From positions 124,001 to 188,000 of the forward strand of contig CDROCS010002027.1 in NCBI GenBank assembly GCA_977020255.1: a DNA stretch of 64,000 bases, read 5' to 3'. A program made the position numbers and the translations under genes. The notes under the pieces are model-generated. The model was given only the letters and a program-made list of their open reading frames with translations. It was not told where the DNA came from and searched no databases. This stretch comes from Obrimoposthia wandeli (taxonomy: Eukaryota). Below are positions 1-9,671 of this stretch, piece after piece (the stretch's first letter is position 1; each line of letters starts with the position of its first letter).

Positions 1-113
1 GTACATTACATTTAATTGCTCAGCAGTGGGAGCTGGAGCACTAAGCACAGGACATGAGACTCTATTGTGTAATAGTTCTATTGCTTGCATAACAATCCTT
101 AATGAAATTTTAG

Positions 114-971
114 TTACTGGCGGGCTAAACGTAAATTACTTACTTGGCTATCAACGCTGCTTCTAAAGGGATTAATATCTAATCCACCGCGGCGAATATA
201 ACGTGCATACACTGTTAATTCTTGTGGCTTGCAGTGTTGCCAAATATCCATAAATATATTTTCAACACACTGCTCATGAAAGTCACCATGCTCACGATAT
301 GAAATCAAATACGCTAATAAAGAAGCTTGATCAATAACAGCACCACGATAGCTAATACTAATACTCGCCCAATCAGGCTGCCCTGTTACTGGGCAATTAG
401 ATTTTAGGATATGACTATATAAAGATTCACTTACTTGTTTGTTTTCAGTAGTTTTTAATAAGCTACTTTCAGGGCTGTAGTGGTGCACATCAATATCACA
501 TTCATCAATACAAGTTCCTGAAAAATGCTCTATAGCTGGAAGTTGATCTAAATGGAAAAACTGAACGCTAACATCACCGCCAGCTACTTTGCTTAAATCT
601 AGCTGCATTTGCGCTACCACTGCTTGTTCAGTGTCGAATTTGCTCAAGTTATAAGAATTCAAATACAGCTTAAAAGATTTTGATTCTATGATGCTTTTTG
701 AATCTGCTTGAAAGCGAAATTCAGCGACCCGTACGATAGGTTTTCCTTTGATATTAAGCCAAGAAATTTCGTAGCCATTCCAAATATCAACAGCACTGGT
801 TGATTTCATAAACGGGAGCGAGTCGCGATTAATTGATCTTTTACTCCAGTTAATATCCCTTTCTATAGGAAACAGTAAGCCAGCATCATATTTATTAATG
901 TAAGCCGTATGATTACCCAGTGGTGACGCTGATAATTTTTGTTGTTCTCGCTGTTCGTCATTATTCATCAT
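114..971 (-). CDS. queF: NADPH-dependent 7-cyano-7-deazaguanine reductase (two-domain QueF)
   Basis: Motifs DIWNGYEISWLN, IIESKSFKLYLNS, SNCPVTGQPDW (catalytic Cys), FHEQCVE, RRGGLDINPFRS. Confidence 0.96.
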   Translation of the reverse strand: MMNNDEQREQQKLSASPLGNHTAYINKYDAGLLFPIERDINWSKRSINRDSLPFMKSTSAVDIWNGYEISWLNIKGKPIVRVAEFRFQADSKSIIESKSFKLYLNSYNLSKFDTEQAVVAQMQLDLSKVAGGDVSVQFFHLDQLPAIEHFSGTCIDECDIDVHHYSPESSLLKTTENKQVSESLYSHILKSNCPVTGQPDWASISISYRGAVIDQASLLAYLISYREHGDFHEQCVENIFMDIWQHCKPQELTVYARYIRRGGLDINPFRSSVDSQVSNLRLARQ

Positions 972-1741
972 GTTCTTATACCTTTGCCTTTATTCAACAT
1001 ACTTAAAGCAATGCAAAACAATGAAACTACAAAGACAATAATGACCCCTAAAGACAAATAAATATTAATGTCACTAGCACCTAAAATTCCGTATCTGAAG
1101 GTACTTACCATATATAAAATAGGGTTAAGCTGTGAAACCCCCTGCCAAAACTCAGGTAATAATGAGATGGAATAAAAAACGCCACCTAAATAGGTTAAAG
1201 GTGTCAGTATAAAAGTAGGAACAATCGATACATCATCAAATGAATTGGCTAACATTGCGTTTATAAAACCGCCTGTGGCAAATAAAATTGACGTCAACAA
1301 AGTCACTATCATAATAATGGCTAAGCTGTGAACCTGTAAATCCGTAAAGAATAGGGAAAGTACCGTTACAATGAACCCTACCATTAAGCCTCGCGCCATT
1401 CCTCCGAGGATATAACCGACAAGTATGATCCAGTTTGGCATCGGTGACACTAGCATTTCTTCAACGCTACCTTGAAACTTTGCACTATAAAAAGATGAAA
1501 CTACATTACTATAAGAATTGGTAATAACCGACATCATAATCAAACCGGGTACGATAAATTCCATATAGCTAAAGCCACCCATTTCACCAATACGGCTGCC
1601 AATCAGCGTACCAAAAATCACAAAGTATAAACTCATCGTAATAGCAGGCGGAAGTAAGGTTTGCGCCCAAATACGGGTAAAGCGTCGTATTTCTCGACGA
1701 ACAATAGTCAATAACGCTATTAGTAATTCTTGATTACTCAC
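968..1741 (-). CDS. yadH: ABC-2 type transporter permease
   Basis: RIWAQTLLPPAITMSLYFVIFG, FIVPGLIMMSVITNSYSNVVSSF, LTPLTYLGGVFYS; overlaps both neighbours. Confidence 0.9.
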   Translation of the reverse strand: MSNQELLIALLTIVRREIRRFTRIWAQTLLPPAITMSLYFVIFGTLIGSRIGEMGGFSYMEFIVPGLIMMSVITNSYSNVVSSFYSAKFQGSVEEMLVSPMPNWIILVGYILGGMARGLMVGFIVTVLSLFFTDLQVHSLAIIMIVTLLTSILFATGGFINAMLANSFDDVSIVPTFILTPLTYLGGVFYSISLLPEFWQGVSQLNPILYMVSTFRYGILGASDINIYLSLGVIIVFVVSLFCIALSMLNKGKGIRT

Positions 1742-2669
1742 TTGCTTGCTCCAAATTATTATCGACCATAGAAATAAACATTTCCTCCAATCGGTTGGTT
1801 TTATTACGCATGCTGCTTACTTTAATATTGAGCTCATCTAGCTTAGAGAACAGCTGATTAATGGTTTGGCCTTTCTTTATTTCTACCACTAAAGAGTGCT
1901 CATCTTGCAAGCTGATTTTATAGCCTGCTATAACTGGAAGCTGTTGTAAGTTTGGCGAAACATCTAAGATAAAACTTTCAGAATCAAGCTGCTGTAACAA
2001 AGCTTTTATGCTGGTATTTTGTACAATTTTACCTTGATCTATAATGGCAATATTTTTGCACAGTGATTCAGCTTCTTCTAAATAGTGCGTAGTTAAAATG
2101 ATAGTAGTGCCTGCGGCATTTATCTCTTGCAAAAAGCTCCACATTGAACGTCTTAGCTCAATATCAACTCCCGCAGTGGGCTCATCTAATATCAACAATT
2201 TAGGTTCGTGTATTAAAGCTCTGGCTATCATTAGGCGTCGTTTCATACCGCCTGATAACATACGCGCTGGGGTATCTTTTTTATCCCATAGCCCCAACTT
2301 TTGTAAATAATACTCAGTACGCTGATTAGCAATAGCGCTAGCTAATCCATAAAAACCCGCTTGGGTTCTTACAATATCGTACACCGTTTCAAAAGCGTTA
2401 AAATTAAACTCTTGCGGTACTACTCCCAAATTTTTTTTAGCCTTGGTCATGTCCTTTTTCAAATCGTAACCAAAGATTGAAACCTCTCCGTCGGTTGCGT
2501 TAATAAGAGAGGAGACTATGCCTAAAGTTGTCGATTTGCCTGCTCCATTAGGACCTAGTAGTGCAAAAAAATCACCTCGTGCTACTTCAAACGAAACACC
2601 TTTTAAAGCGACGAAACCATTGGCGTAGGTTTTACTTAAATTTTTAATTGATAATGCCGAGCTCATCAA
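1734..2669 (-). CDS. yadG: ABC transporter ATP-binding protein
   Basis: Walker A GPNGAGKST, signature LSGGMKRR, Walker B LILDEPT; coupled to the permease. Confidence 0.9.
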   Translation of the reverse strand: MMSSALSIKNLSKTYANGFVALKGVSFEVARGDFFALLGPNGAGKSTTLGIVSSLINATDGEVSIFGYDLKKDMTKAKKNLGVVPQEFNFNAFETVYDIVRTQAGFYGLASAIANQRTEYYLQKLGLWDKKDTPARMLSGGMKRRLMIARALIHEPKLLILDEPTAGVDIELRRSMWSFLQEINAAGTTIILTTHYLEEAESLCKNIAIIDQGKIVQNTSIKALLQQLDSESFILDVSPNLQQLPVIAGYKISLQDEHSLVVEIKKGQTINQLFSKLDELNIKVSSMRNKTNRLEEMFISMVDNNLEQASE

Positions 2670-2882
2670 ATACCTCTTGTTACTGATGCTTTGTTATTGA
2701 TGTAAGTAATGGGTGATTTTAAGCCACACTGAGCAATTCATAACAAATTAGTGGCACTGTAAAGAAAATTAAGACTAAAGGTAGTTTGGGGCAATAAAGC
2801 ATTTTTCAAGTTACAGTATTAGGGTGCATGTACTTCGTTAAAACGTTAAAATAGCTGTAACTATCATCAAACTTATCACGCG

Positions 2883-3314
2883 ATGCTTTCCTTTTTACAA
2901 TTAATGAGCTCCCCAATGAACCAATATCACTTTTTTCATCTTGAATTACTCAAACAAACTTATAACTTACTAATTAGCTACCCCCCTTTCAACAGTGAAG
3001 AACTAATGCCACAAGATGAAGCATTTTTGGATAGCTTCAATAACCTAATTCAATTAGGTGATCAATATACACAAGATTATATAGAAAGCGGACAAGCATT
3101 TTGCATAAACTGGGTAAGAGGCTATTCACAACTTACACCCATTTTACCAAGAGATTTACTATGGTTTTTCTCAGGGGAATGCTTACACTACATGCCTGAT
3201 GATGAAATCATTCAATTTCAACAACTGGATGAATTACGTTATGCAGCAGAATCATCTGCTGTTGAATTTGATTATGCTAAAATGCGAAATGAGTTTTTGA
3301 AACTAGCAATTTAA
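2883..3314 (+). CDS. Conserved hypothetical protein (PA2817-like family); true start may be a downstream ATG
   Basis: Motif PRDLLWFFSGECLHYMPDDEI recalled from the Pseudomonas PA2817 family; same neighbourhood next to yadGH. Confidence 0.7.
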   Translation: MLSFLQLMSSPMNQYHFFHLELLKQTYNLLISYPPFNSEELMPQDEAFLDSFNNLIQLGDQYTQDYIESGQAFCINWVRGYSQLTPILPRDLLWFFSGECLHYMPDDEIIQFQQLDELRYAAESSAVEFDYAKMRNEFLKLAI

Positions 3315-3397
3315 TTAATACTGCTAGCAAATAATATTTTTAAAGAACTAGCTCGTTATAAATAGCTTAGGGGGTATCTCCTTTGTCAATACGCCTG

Positions 3398-3495
3398 TAA
3401 AGGACTCGCCATTCACTGCGTGTTTTTTCGCGGATTTACCCCCTTAGTTATCCACAGGGAAGATTTAGGGACTTAATCGCATGTTCCTTAGTTAT
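3398..3495. repeat. Dispersed intergenic repeat, family 2, copy 1
   Basis: Ungapped manual alignment to 17092-17189: 72 of 98 positions identical. Confidence 0.8.
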
Positions 3496-3510
3496 TTAAA
3501 ACTTTACCAA

Positions 3511-5547
3511 TTAACTCTCAGGCATCACCGCTGATAAATAGTTAACTTTATTACGCTTAGCTTTAAACATTGCCATTTCGGCATTCCTTAATAACTCTGG
3601 AACACTTTCAGTGTGTTCTGGAGCGTAACTGGCACCAATGGTAATATCTAAGAAAAACTCTCTTCCTTCTACTTCTACGGCTTTCTTATAACTTGCAATA
3701 ATCTTATCTGTCACTATATTCGCATCAGATACGTCGCTAAGACCTTCCAAAATAACCACGAAGTGATCATCACTAAGCTGAGTAAGCATATCGTACTGCC
3801 TTAAACAACCCGACATGCGCTCACTCAAATCTTTCATTATGGACGGGTTTAAATCTAAATTTTTCACATCAGAACCAATGGGGAAACCATTCACTTCGCA
3901 ATATAGAAGCGCTAAGATTCGGTGCTTCTCTAAAGAGCGAGAAATAGCAAAAGGAAGATACTCCAAAAACACTTGCTTATTATAGTTTATCAGGCTTGGA
4001 TCATTAAATGCCAGCCACTCGAGCCTGTCTTCAGCTTTTCGCTGTGCCGTGATATCAACACATATTGATAAAATGACAGGGTCGATTGTTCCCGGCACTG
4101 ACAACATGGCATGTACCCAAAGCAATACAAATAATTCATCTTTACTATTACGCCACTGCACTTCGGCTTTAACTAAAGTTTCCCCTCCTAGATACAAATA
4201 ATTAAGCGCTGCCAGGCCATCTTCTTCCATCAAATCTGAGCAAAAAATTTCTGCATAGGTTAAGCCGTTAAAATCATCAATCTCAAACAACTTACAACCA
4301 GGGTTATTTAAAGCGATGATTTCACCGCCTAATTTCTGCACTAAAATAATGGTTTGCTGCTCATTTAACAAACGATCAATGAAACTCTTGGTTTGATTTA
4401 GTTCACGTACCATGGATTGTAGCTTAATAGCATTATTCGACTCAGTTTGCCGTAAGACATCCATCTTAAGACTAATTTTTGCCAGCTCGCGATCATATTG
4501 CTGCAGCTCATCATCGAGAATTCTTTTGTTGCCCGTTTTATTTACGTTGCCACCAATATCATCTTCCAAACCGATCGCTTGAGACATTGCTAAAATTCGA
4601 GGTAATTGGTGGGAGATACGATTTACGATGATGTACAGCATTATTAGGCTAACCACTAAGCTAAATAAACCCAGCAGTACCACCTTTTGAGCCGCTGAAT
4701 CATACTGCTGTTTTTTACTTGTAATATCTTGAAGGAACAACCATTGGTAATTGCTATCTTTAATTTTCTCAAAACTAATAGAATATTCATTATCAAATGC
4801 AACAACACTATAATCGTTATGCTGTTTGAGCGTTTTGGTATTCTCTGATAAATGCCTCAATATTGGAATGTTGATATTGCTGTGAGTGATATTATAAAAT
4901 TGCTCATTCCACGCATTAGAATGAATAGATTTAGCCTGGCTTTTTAAAACACCTATCTCTAATTGCTGGGCAAAACTAAATTTTTTAAATAATGGAAAAA
5001 CGTCTTGCTGCACTATTAGCCAGATTTGTGGTTTATTATCGATCTTAACAGGGATGGAAATGTATATAAAACAACTCGCTATACAACTAAAACCTGACAT
5101 TATTTGATTAGTATTGACTGACTGCTTTAACAAATCAGCGGCTAGTGGTGTGCTACTACCCCAGTGTTCTAACAGATTTTTATCGGAACCAATTATATCG
5201 ATACTATTAATTCGCAGGCTATTCAATAGCTTATCGTAGCGCTCATCAAAGCCTATAGCTAATTCAGTTATAACCCTTTGTCCTTTGTGATCAGGAACAA
5301 GTACCAACTCGTTAATAATTTGATAAAGAGACGTTTTAGCGGAATCAATCGTATACTCTAAAAAATTTATTCGCTCAATTTTAGTGCTCTGCATACTCAG
5401 AGCCAAAGCGTTTTTTTGATAACTTAAAATACCTATTACAAACACGGCGTGGATCAACACGATCAAACAAGCTAAAGCTAAAAACAACTTCCAACGAATA
5501 CTTAGAAATGGTCGTAACTTTTGATTTTCGAGGTTATCTGCTAACAC
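3511..5547 (-). CDS. Membrane sensor: TM-periplasmic (Cache-like)-TM-PAS-degenerate GGDEF
   Basis: Two hydrophobic segments; PAS C-terminus ICVDITAQRKAE; GGDEF-fold motifs ITIGASYAP and LLRNAEMAMFKAK; active site reads SDDHF; GTG start with GGAG upstream. Confidence 0.85.
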   Translation of the reverse strand: MLADNLENQKLRPFLSIRWKLFLALACLIVLIHAVFVIGILSYQKNALALSMQSTKIERINFLEYTIDSAKTSLYQIINELVLVPDHKGQRVITELAIGFDERYDKLLNSLRINSIDIIGSDKNLLEHWGSSTPLAADLLKQSVNTNQIMSGFSCIASCFIYISIPVKIDNKPQIWLIVQQDVFPLFKKFSFAQQLEIGVLKSQAKSIHSNAWNEQFYNITHSNINIPILRHLSENTKTLKQHNDYSVVAFDNEYSISFEKIKDSNYQWLFLQDITSKKQQYDSAAQKVVLLGLFSLVVSLIMLYIIVNRISHQLPRILAMSQAIGLEDDIGGNVNKTGNKRILDDELQQYDRELAKISLKMDVLRQTESNNAIKLQSMVRELNQTKSFIDRLLNEQQTIILVQKLGGEIIALNNPGCKLFEIDDFNGLTYAEIFCSDLMEEDGLAALNYLYLGGETLVKAEVQWRNSKDELFVLLWVHAMLSVPGTIDPVILSICVDITAQRKAEDRLEWLAFNDPSLINYNKQVFLEYLPFAISRSLEKHRILALLYCEVNGFPIGSDVKNLDLNPSIMKDLSERMSGCLRQYDMLTQLSDDHFVVILEGLSDVSDANIVTDKIIASYKKAVEVEGREFFLDITIGASYAPEHTESVPELLRNAEMAMFKAKRNKVNYLSAVMPES

Positions 5548-5884
5548 TTCGGCTCCCTAGATACTCTCACATGATCTGTAAGATACACACTAAGTGGTAA
5601 TGATAAATTAGGTTTTGGTTGTAATCTCTGTTCTTTAAAAGCGATTTTAAATCAAATATTAATCGATAGATAATTTAACCACGAAGAAACCTTGCTGTGC
5701 ACACAGCATTTCTCCCCTTCGTGACAAAAAAATAACATTACAGTATTTTTGTTGTAGTTAATATCGACAGAAAAATAAAATTAGTTAGTAATAATCGAAT
5801 TTTTAAAAAAAAATATATAGCTATGGTGTTGAAAATAAAAGATTAACATTTAACCATATTAAGAAGAGTTATTCAAAATTAGAA

Positions 5885-5960
5885 TGGCGTCCCATAGGGG
5901 GTTCGAACCCCTGTTACTGCCGTGAAAGGGCAGTGTCCTAGACCACTAGACGAATGGGAC
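5885..5960 (-). tRNA. tRNA-Glu(TTC)
   Basis: 76-nt cloverleaf on the minus strand; anticodon arm CTGCC-CTTTCAC-GGCAG; encoded CCA. Confidence 0.97.
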
Positions 5961-5984
5961 TAAATAAGTATTAGATACTTTAAT

Positions 5985-6060
5985 TGGAGCGGGAAACCGG
6001 GTTCGAACCGGCGACCTCGACCTTGGCAAGGTCGCGCTCTACCAACTGAGCTATTCCCGC
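5985..6060 (-). tRNA. tRNA-Gly(GCC)
   Basis: Begins GCGGGAATAGCTCAGTTGGTAGAGC; anticodon loop TTGCCAA; ends CCA. Confidence 0.97.
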
Positions 6061-6102
6061 ATAATATAATTATCAATAAGTATTGATAAATACACTTTAA
6101 AA

Positions 6103-6178
6103 TGGCGTCCCATAGGGGGTTCGAACCCCTGTTACCGCCGTGAAAGGGCGGTGTCCTAGACCACTAGACGAATGGGAC
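6103..6178 (-). tRNA. tRNA-Glu(TTC), C-G anticodon-stem variant
   Basis: Anticodon arm CCGCC-CTTTCAC-GGCGG. Confidence 0.97.
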
Positions 6179-6203
6179 GTCTTTCCTCGTTGAGGAGGCG
6201 CGT

Positions 6204-6232
6204 ATAATATTGAGCTAGGCGCTTATTGTCAA
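6204..6232 (-). promoter_or_regulatory. Sigma70 promoter of the Glu-Gly-Glu tRNA operon
   Basis: Minus strand TTGACA-17 nt-TATTAT, then GC-rich discriminator ACGCGCC, 25 nt upstream of the tRNA. Confidence 0.85.
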
Positions 6233-6699
6233 CCGCTGTTTATGAAATTTAGTTGATTATACAAAACTTCTTTGCCTCGACCCTTTTTAAGCACCGCCTC
6301 GCCCTACCAAACACGCTGCTACCACTTACTTAAACACCTCCATAATTATTATCAAAACATGCTTTATAGTTAAAACCTCGGTGGTATTAATCTAAGATCA
6401 CACCAACATCCACACTGTCGAGAGGAATACCTAATCAGCTGATAAAAATAGCTATCCATCCGCACTTTACACACTCCTATAAGGATGAGCATAAAGACCA
6501 AAACAATAAATATTATGCTTCTACTTAAAATCGACACTAAAGCAGTAAAAACAACACAGAAATGACTACACTATTGAAAACAGTTGATTTGAATAAGAAT
6601 AATTGAGGGCCGAATCGTTGCATATCTAACAGTTAAATAAACTATCTATTAATGCAAAGAAGAATTGAAATCAAACAAGAAAAAGTAGAGTTGTATAAA

Positions 6700-6775
6700 T
6701 GGCGTCCCATAGGGGGTTCGAACCCCTGTTACTGCCGTGAAAGGGCAGTGTCCTAGACCACTAGACGAATGGGAC
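6700..6775 (-). tRNA. tRNA-Glu(TTC)
   Basis: Identical to 5885-5960. Confidence 0.97.
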
Positions 6776-6798
6776 TAATAAGTATCAGATACTTTAAT

Positions 6799-6874
6799 TG
6801 GAGCGGGAAACCGGGTTCGAACCGGCGACCTCGACCTTGGCAAGGTCGCGCTCTACCAACTGAGCTATTCCCGC
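6799..6874 (-). tRNA. tRNA-Gly(GCC)
   Basis: Identical to 5985-6060. Confidence 0.97.
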
Positions 6875-6916
6875 ATAATATAATTATCAATAAGTATTGA
6901 TAAATACACTTTAAAA

Positions 6917-6992
6917 TGGCGTCCCATAGGGGGTTCGAACCCCTGTTACTGCCGTGAAAGGGCAGTGTCCTAGACCACTAGACGAATGGGAC
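6917..6992 (-). tRNA. tRNA-Glu(TTC)
   Basis: Identical to 5885-5960. Confidence 0.97.
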
Positions 6993-7016
6993 TAAATAAG
7001 TATTAGATACTTTAAT

Positions 7017-7092
7017 TGGAGCGGGAAACCGGGTTCGAACCGGCGACCTCGACCTTGGCAAGGTCGCGCTCTACCAACTGAGCTATTCCCGC
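7017..7092 (-). tRNA. tRNA-Gly(GCC)
   Basis: Identical to 5985-6060. Confidence 0.97.
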
Positions 7093-7134
7093 GCAATACG
7101 CTTATTAACTAACGCCAATAAACATACTTTAAAA

Positions 7135-7210
7135 TGGCGTCCCATAGGGGGTTCGAACCCCTGTTACCGCCGTGAAAGGGCGGTGTCCTAGACCACTAGA
7201 CGAATGGGAC
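7135..7210 (-). tRNA. tRNA-Glu(TTC), C-G anticodon-stem variant
   Basis: Identical to 6103-6178. Confidence 0.97.
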
Positions 7211-7249
7211 AACACTGCACTCGAACACCACTGCTCAAATGCGGGGCAA

Positions 7250-7278
7250 ATATTATATCGAGTCCCATACATCGTCAA
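7250..7278 (-). promoter_or_regulatory. Sigma70 promoter of the Glu-Gly-Glu-Gly-Glu tRNA operon
   Basis: Minus strand TTGACG-17 nt-TAATAT, followed by GC-rich TTGCCCCGC. Confidence 0.7.
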
Positions 7279-7890
7279 GCCCTTTTAATAAATTAATGAT
7301 AATAAGTGCCGTATAATCTTTGAAATCACTCGCCAATGGTATTATCTGATTATAAATAAATCAGATAGGCGCTATATTTACGGATCAGCCGTCGCTATCT
7401 CAGCTAAAATCTCTATTTTAAAACCAGCAAAAAATCTTAATTCCAAAACAACTTTAATAACAAAATCTTGATTCTGGCAAATAAACAGCACCTTTTCTCT
7501 GAACAGAAACTATTGCTGTTAGCCTTCAAGTATTGCTTAAGGTATTATTTATTCAGAAACTTTACCATTGAGAACCACACAAAAAAATGTGTTTAAACTT
7601 AAAAAGCAGTAACTGAAGCAATATAGCAATAGCAAATAACAGCCCAGTTGTTAACTTGTCCATTGTGCTAATCAGTAAAATTAGTACATGTGGAAAAACA
7701 GGAAAAAATATCGCCCTCCCTGCTTTTTTTGATTTTAGCTTATTTAAACTTCGCATTTCCAAACGAAGTTAGCATAAACTGCTGATTGTAATATAATAGA
7801 GGCATCGCAAAGCCAGAAGCTCTAACACCGACAAATGTGATTGGAATAGTTAGATGAACATACATACATTTTAAACACAGCGAGCGAGTA

Positions 7891-8628
7891 ATGGGCCAAA
7901 CACAAACTGTCATTCTTATACTATCAATAATCTTTGTTTTAGGCGGGATTGCTTATACAATTCAAACAATTGAAGAGCGAAAAAGAGCTCGCAAGTTACT
8001 TATAATGTCGCTAAAAAGCCAAATTCGTAACGCGCTAAACATCTACAAGGGAATCCCTGAAAACTTCATGACGACTGAGCTACACGACTTTATCAGTAAA
8101 TTTATTAATGCTAAATGGAAAAGGCTACACGCCATTGTAGTTACTAAAGACAGCCAACAATCTTATAATAATTTCCAAGAGCAAATCAAAAATCAATCTA
8201 ATAATTTACAACACCCCGAAGCCTCAATGTCTGTTTATCAAGAAGAGGGGCAAGTTTATCACGCCCTAGCACAACTCAAGGCAACCACTAAATGGTTATC
8301 AGAAACTTTTAAAAGTAAACAAATTTCTGAATCAGCTTTTAACGAACTAGGCTGGCAAATAAAAGATTTCTATGACCGAGTTTCTTGTGATATTCAAATT
8401 TTAGAAGCGATACAAACGCAAAAGCTTCATGGTGAAAAAGCGGGATTTCATAAATTCAATATTGCCCTTAAGGCTTTAAACAACCTGAATCAAAGCGAAT
8501 CATTAGACGGCCAGATATTCATACTTCACAAGCACATGGCAACCTTAAGAAAGACCATTAAAGAGCAAGATGCTGCTGAAGAATTAGCCCGCAAAGCTGC
8601 TGAAGAGGCTGAACAAGATCGAGAATAG
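7891..8628 (+). CDS. Hypothetical protein; N-terminal membrane anchor plus helical soluble domain
   Basis: 245-aa ORF; hydrophobic VILILSIIFVLGGIAY followed by a basic stretch; charged helical C-terminus; no family recognised. Confidence 0.75.
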   Translation: MGQTQTVILILSIIFVLGGIAYTIQTIEERKRARKLLIMSLKSQIRNALNIYKGIPENFMTTELHDFISKFINAKWKRLHAIVVTKDSQQSYNNFQEQIKNQSNNLQHPEASMSVYQEEGQVYHALAQLKATTKWLSETFKSKQISESAFNELGWQIKDFYDRVSCDIQILEAIQTQKLHGEKAGFHKFNIALKALNNLNQSESLDGQIFILHKHMATLRKTIKEQDAAEELARKAAEEAEQDRE

Positions 8629-8837
8629 CAACTCAGTACCAAGCTATTTCCATTGAACTAAATACTAGGTACAAGCCAATGCTCTGTAAAGTGAAGCTAA
8701 GTGTCACTGCATAATTATTCAAAACAATTAACTGCTAGGGTTGAATAGTTGTAACCATCACCTTTTTAAAATATAGGCCAAGTAGCTGCTTATTTAGAAT
8801 GATTAAATTTTGGTGAGCATTAATAAATAATAGCTTT

Positions 8838-9671
8838 TTATTTGTTGGTCACTTTCGGCAAACGCTGGCAACTCGAGCAAAAAACGGTAGAACGCTGCCC
8901 TTGTTTTATCTCTGTAAGCTGTTTTTGACATAAATTACATGACTGCCCTTTACGACCATAAACTTGCAATTCTTGAGCGAAATAGCCAGGCTTACCATCA
9001 CCCCCTACAAAATCTTTTAAAGTAGTGCCCCCTCTTTCAATAGCCACCCCTAAAATATATTTTATAGCGGTCACCAACTTTATAAACTTCGCCTTAGAAA
9101 GCTGATTCACTGGCGTTTCTGGGTGGATAGCTGCTGCAAACAATGCCTCTGCCGCATATATATTCCCCACCCCGACAACGACTTTATTATCCATGATAAA
9201 TTGCTTAATAGAAATCCTTCTATTTTTAGCCGCTAGCAAAAAAGTGTCGACATTAAAGTCAGTTGTTAATGGCTCAGGCCCAAGCTTTACGAGTAGTGGA
9301 TGTAACTGCTGCCCAGCTTGCCACAACACCGCACCAAAACGGCGCGGATCGGTCAGTCTCAATATACAACCATTGGCAAATACAATGTCAAAGTGATCAT
9401 GCTTTTGCACTGGCTGATGATGCAATAAAACACGCAAACTGCCCGACATACCTAAATGGATAATAAGATCGCCAGTGGCAAAGTTTAGCAGAATGTATTT
9501 TGAACGCCGCTTCACATCGAGCAGTACTAGGGAAGGTAAATCGGTGACTAATTGCGCGGGTATTAGCCAGCGTAACTGTGGTTGTCTAATAACAACCTGT
9601 ACAATTTTAGCGCCTTTAATATGCGGCTCGATGCCGCGACAAGTTGTTTCTACTTCTGGTAATTCTGGCAT
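8838..9671 (-). CDS. mutM: Formamidopyrimidine-DNA glycosylase
   Basis: N-terminal MPELPEVET, HLGMSG, GVGNIYAAE, C-terminal Cys4 zinc finger. Confidence 0.97.
   Translation of the reverse strand: MPELPEVETTCRGIEPHIKGAKIVQVVIRQPQLRWLIPAQLVTDLPSLVLLDVKRRSKYILLNFATGDLIIHLGMSGSLRVLLHHQPVQKHDHFDIVFANGCILRLTDPRRFGAVLWQAGQQLHPLLVKLGPEPLTTDFNVDTFLLAAKNRRISIKQFIMDNKVVVGVGNIYAAEALFAAAIHPETPVNQLSKAKFIKLVTAIKYILGVAIERGGTTLKDFVGGDGKPGYFAQELQVYGRKGQSCNLCQKQLTEIKQGQRSTVFCSSCQRLPKVTNK

Noticed and set aside
5548-5884. tRNA 3' ends as attachment sites of an integrated island or prophage
   Set aside because: No integrase, partial tRNA duplicate or phage genes next to either array.
6233-6699. Possible CsrB/RsmZ-type sRNA between the tRNA operons
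   Set aside because: Only scattered GGA motifs, no repeated CAGGA hairpins or clear terminator.
5885-7210. Regularly spaced identical ~76-bp repeats resembling a CRISPR array
   Set aside because: They fold as tRNA-Glu and tRNA-Gly with CCA ends; spacers are themselves repeated; no cas genes.
7562-7762. 66-aa ORF with a hydrophobic stretch
   Set aside because: No recognisable motif or ribosome-binding site; compatible with chance in AT-rich DNA, though a small membrane peptide is not excluded.
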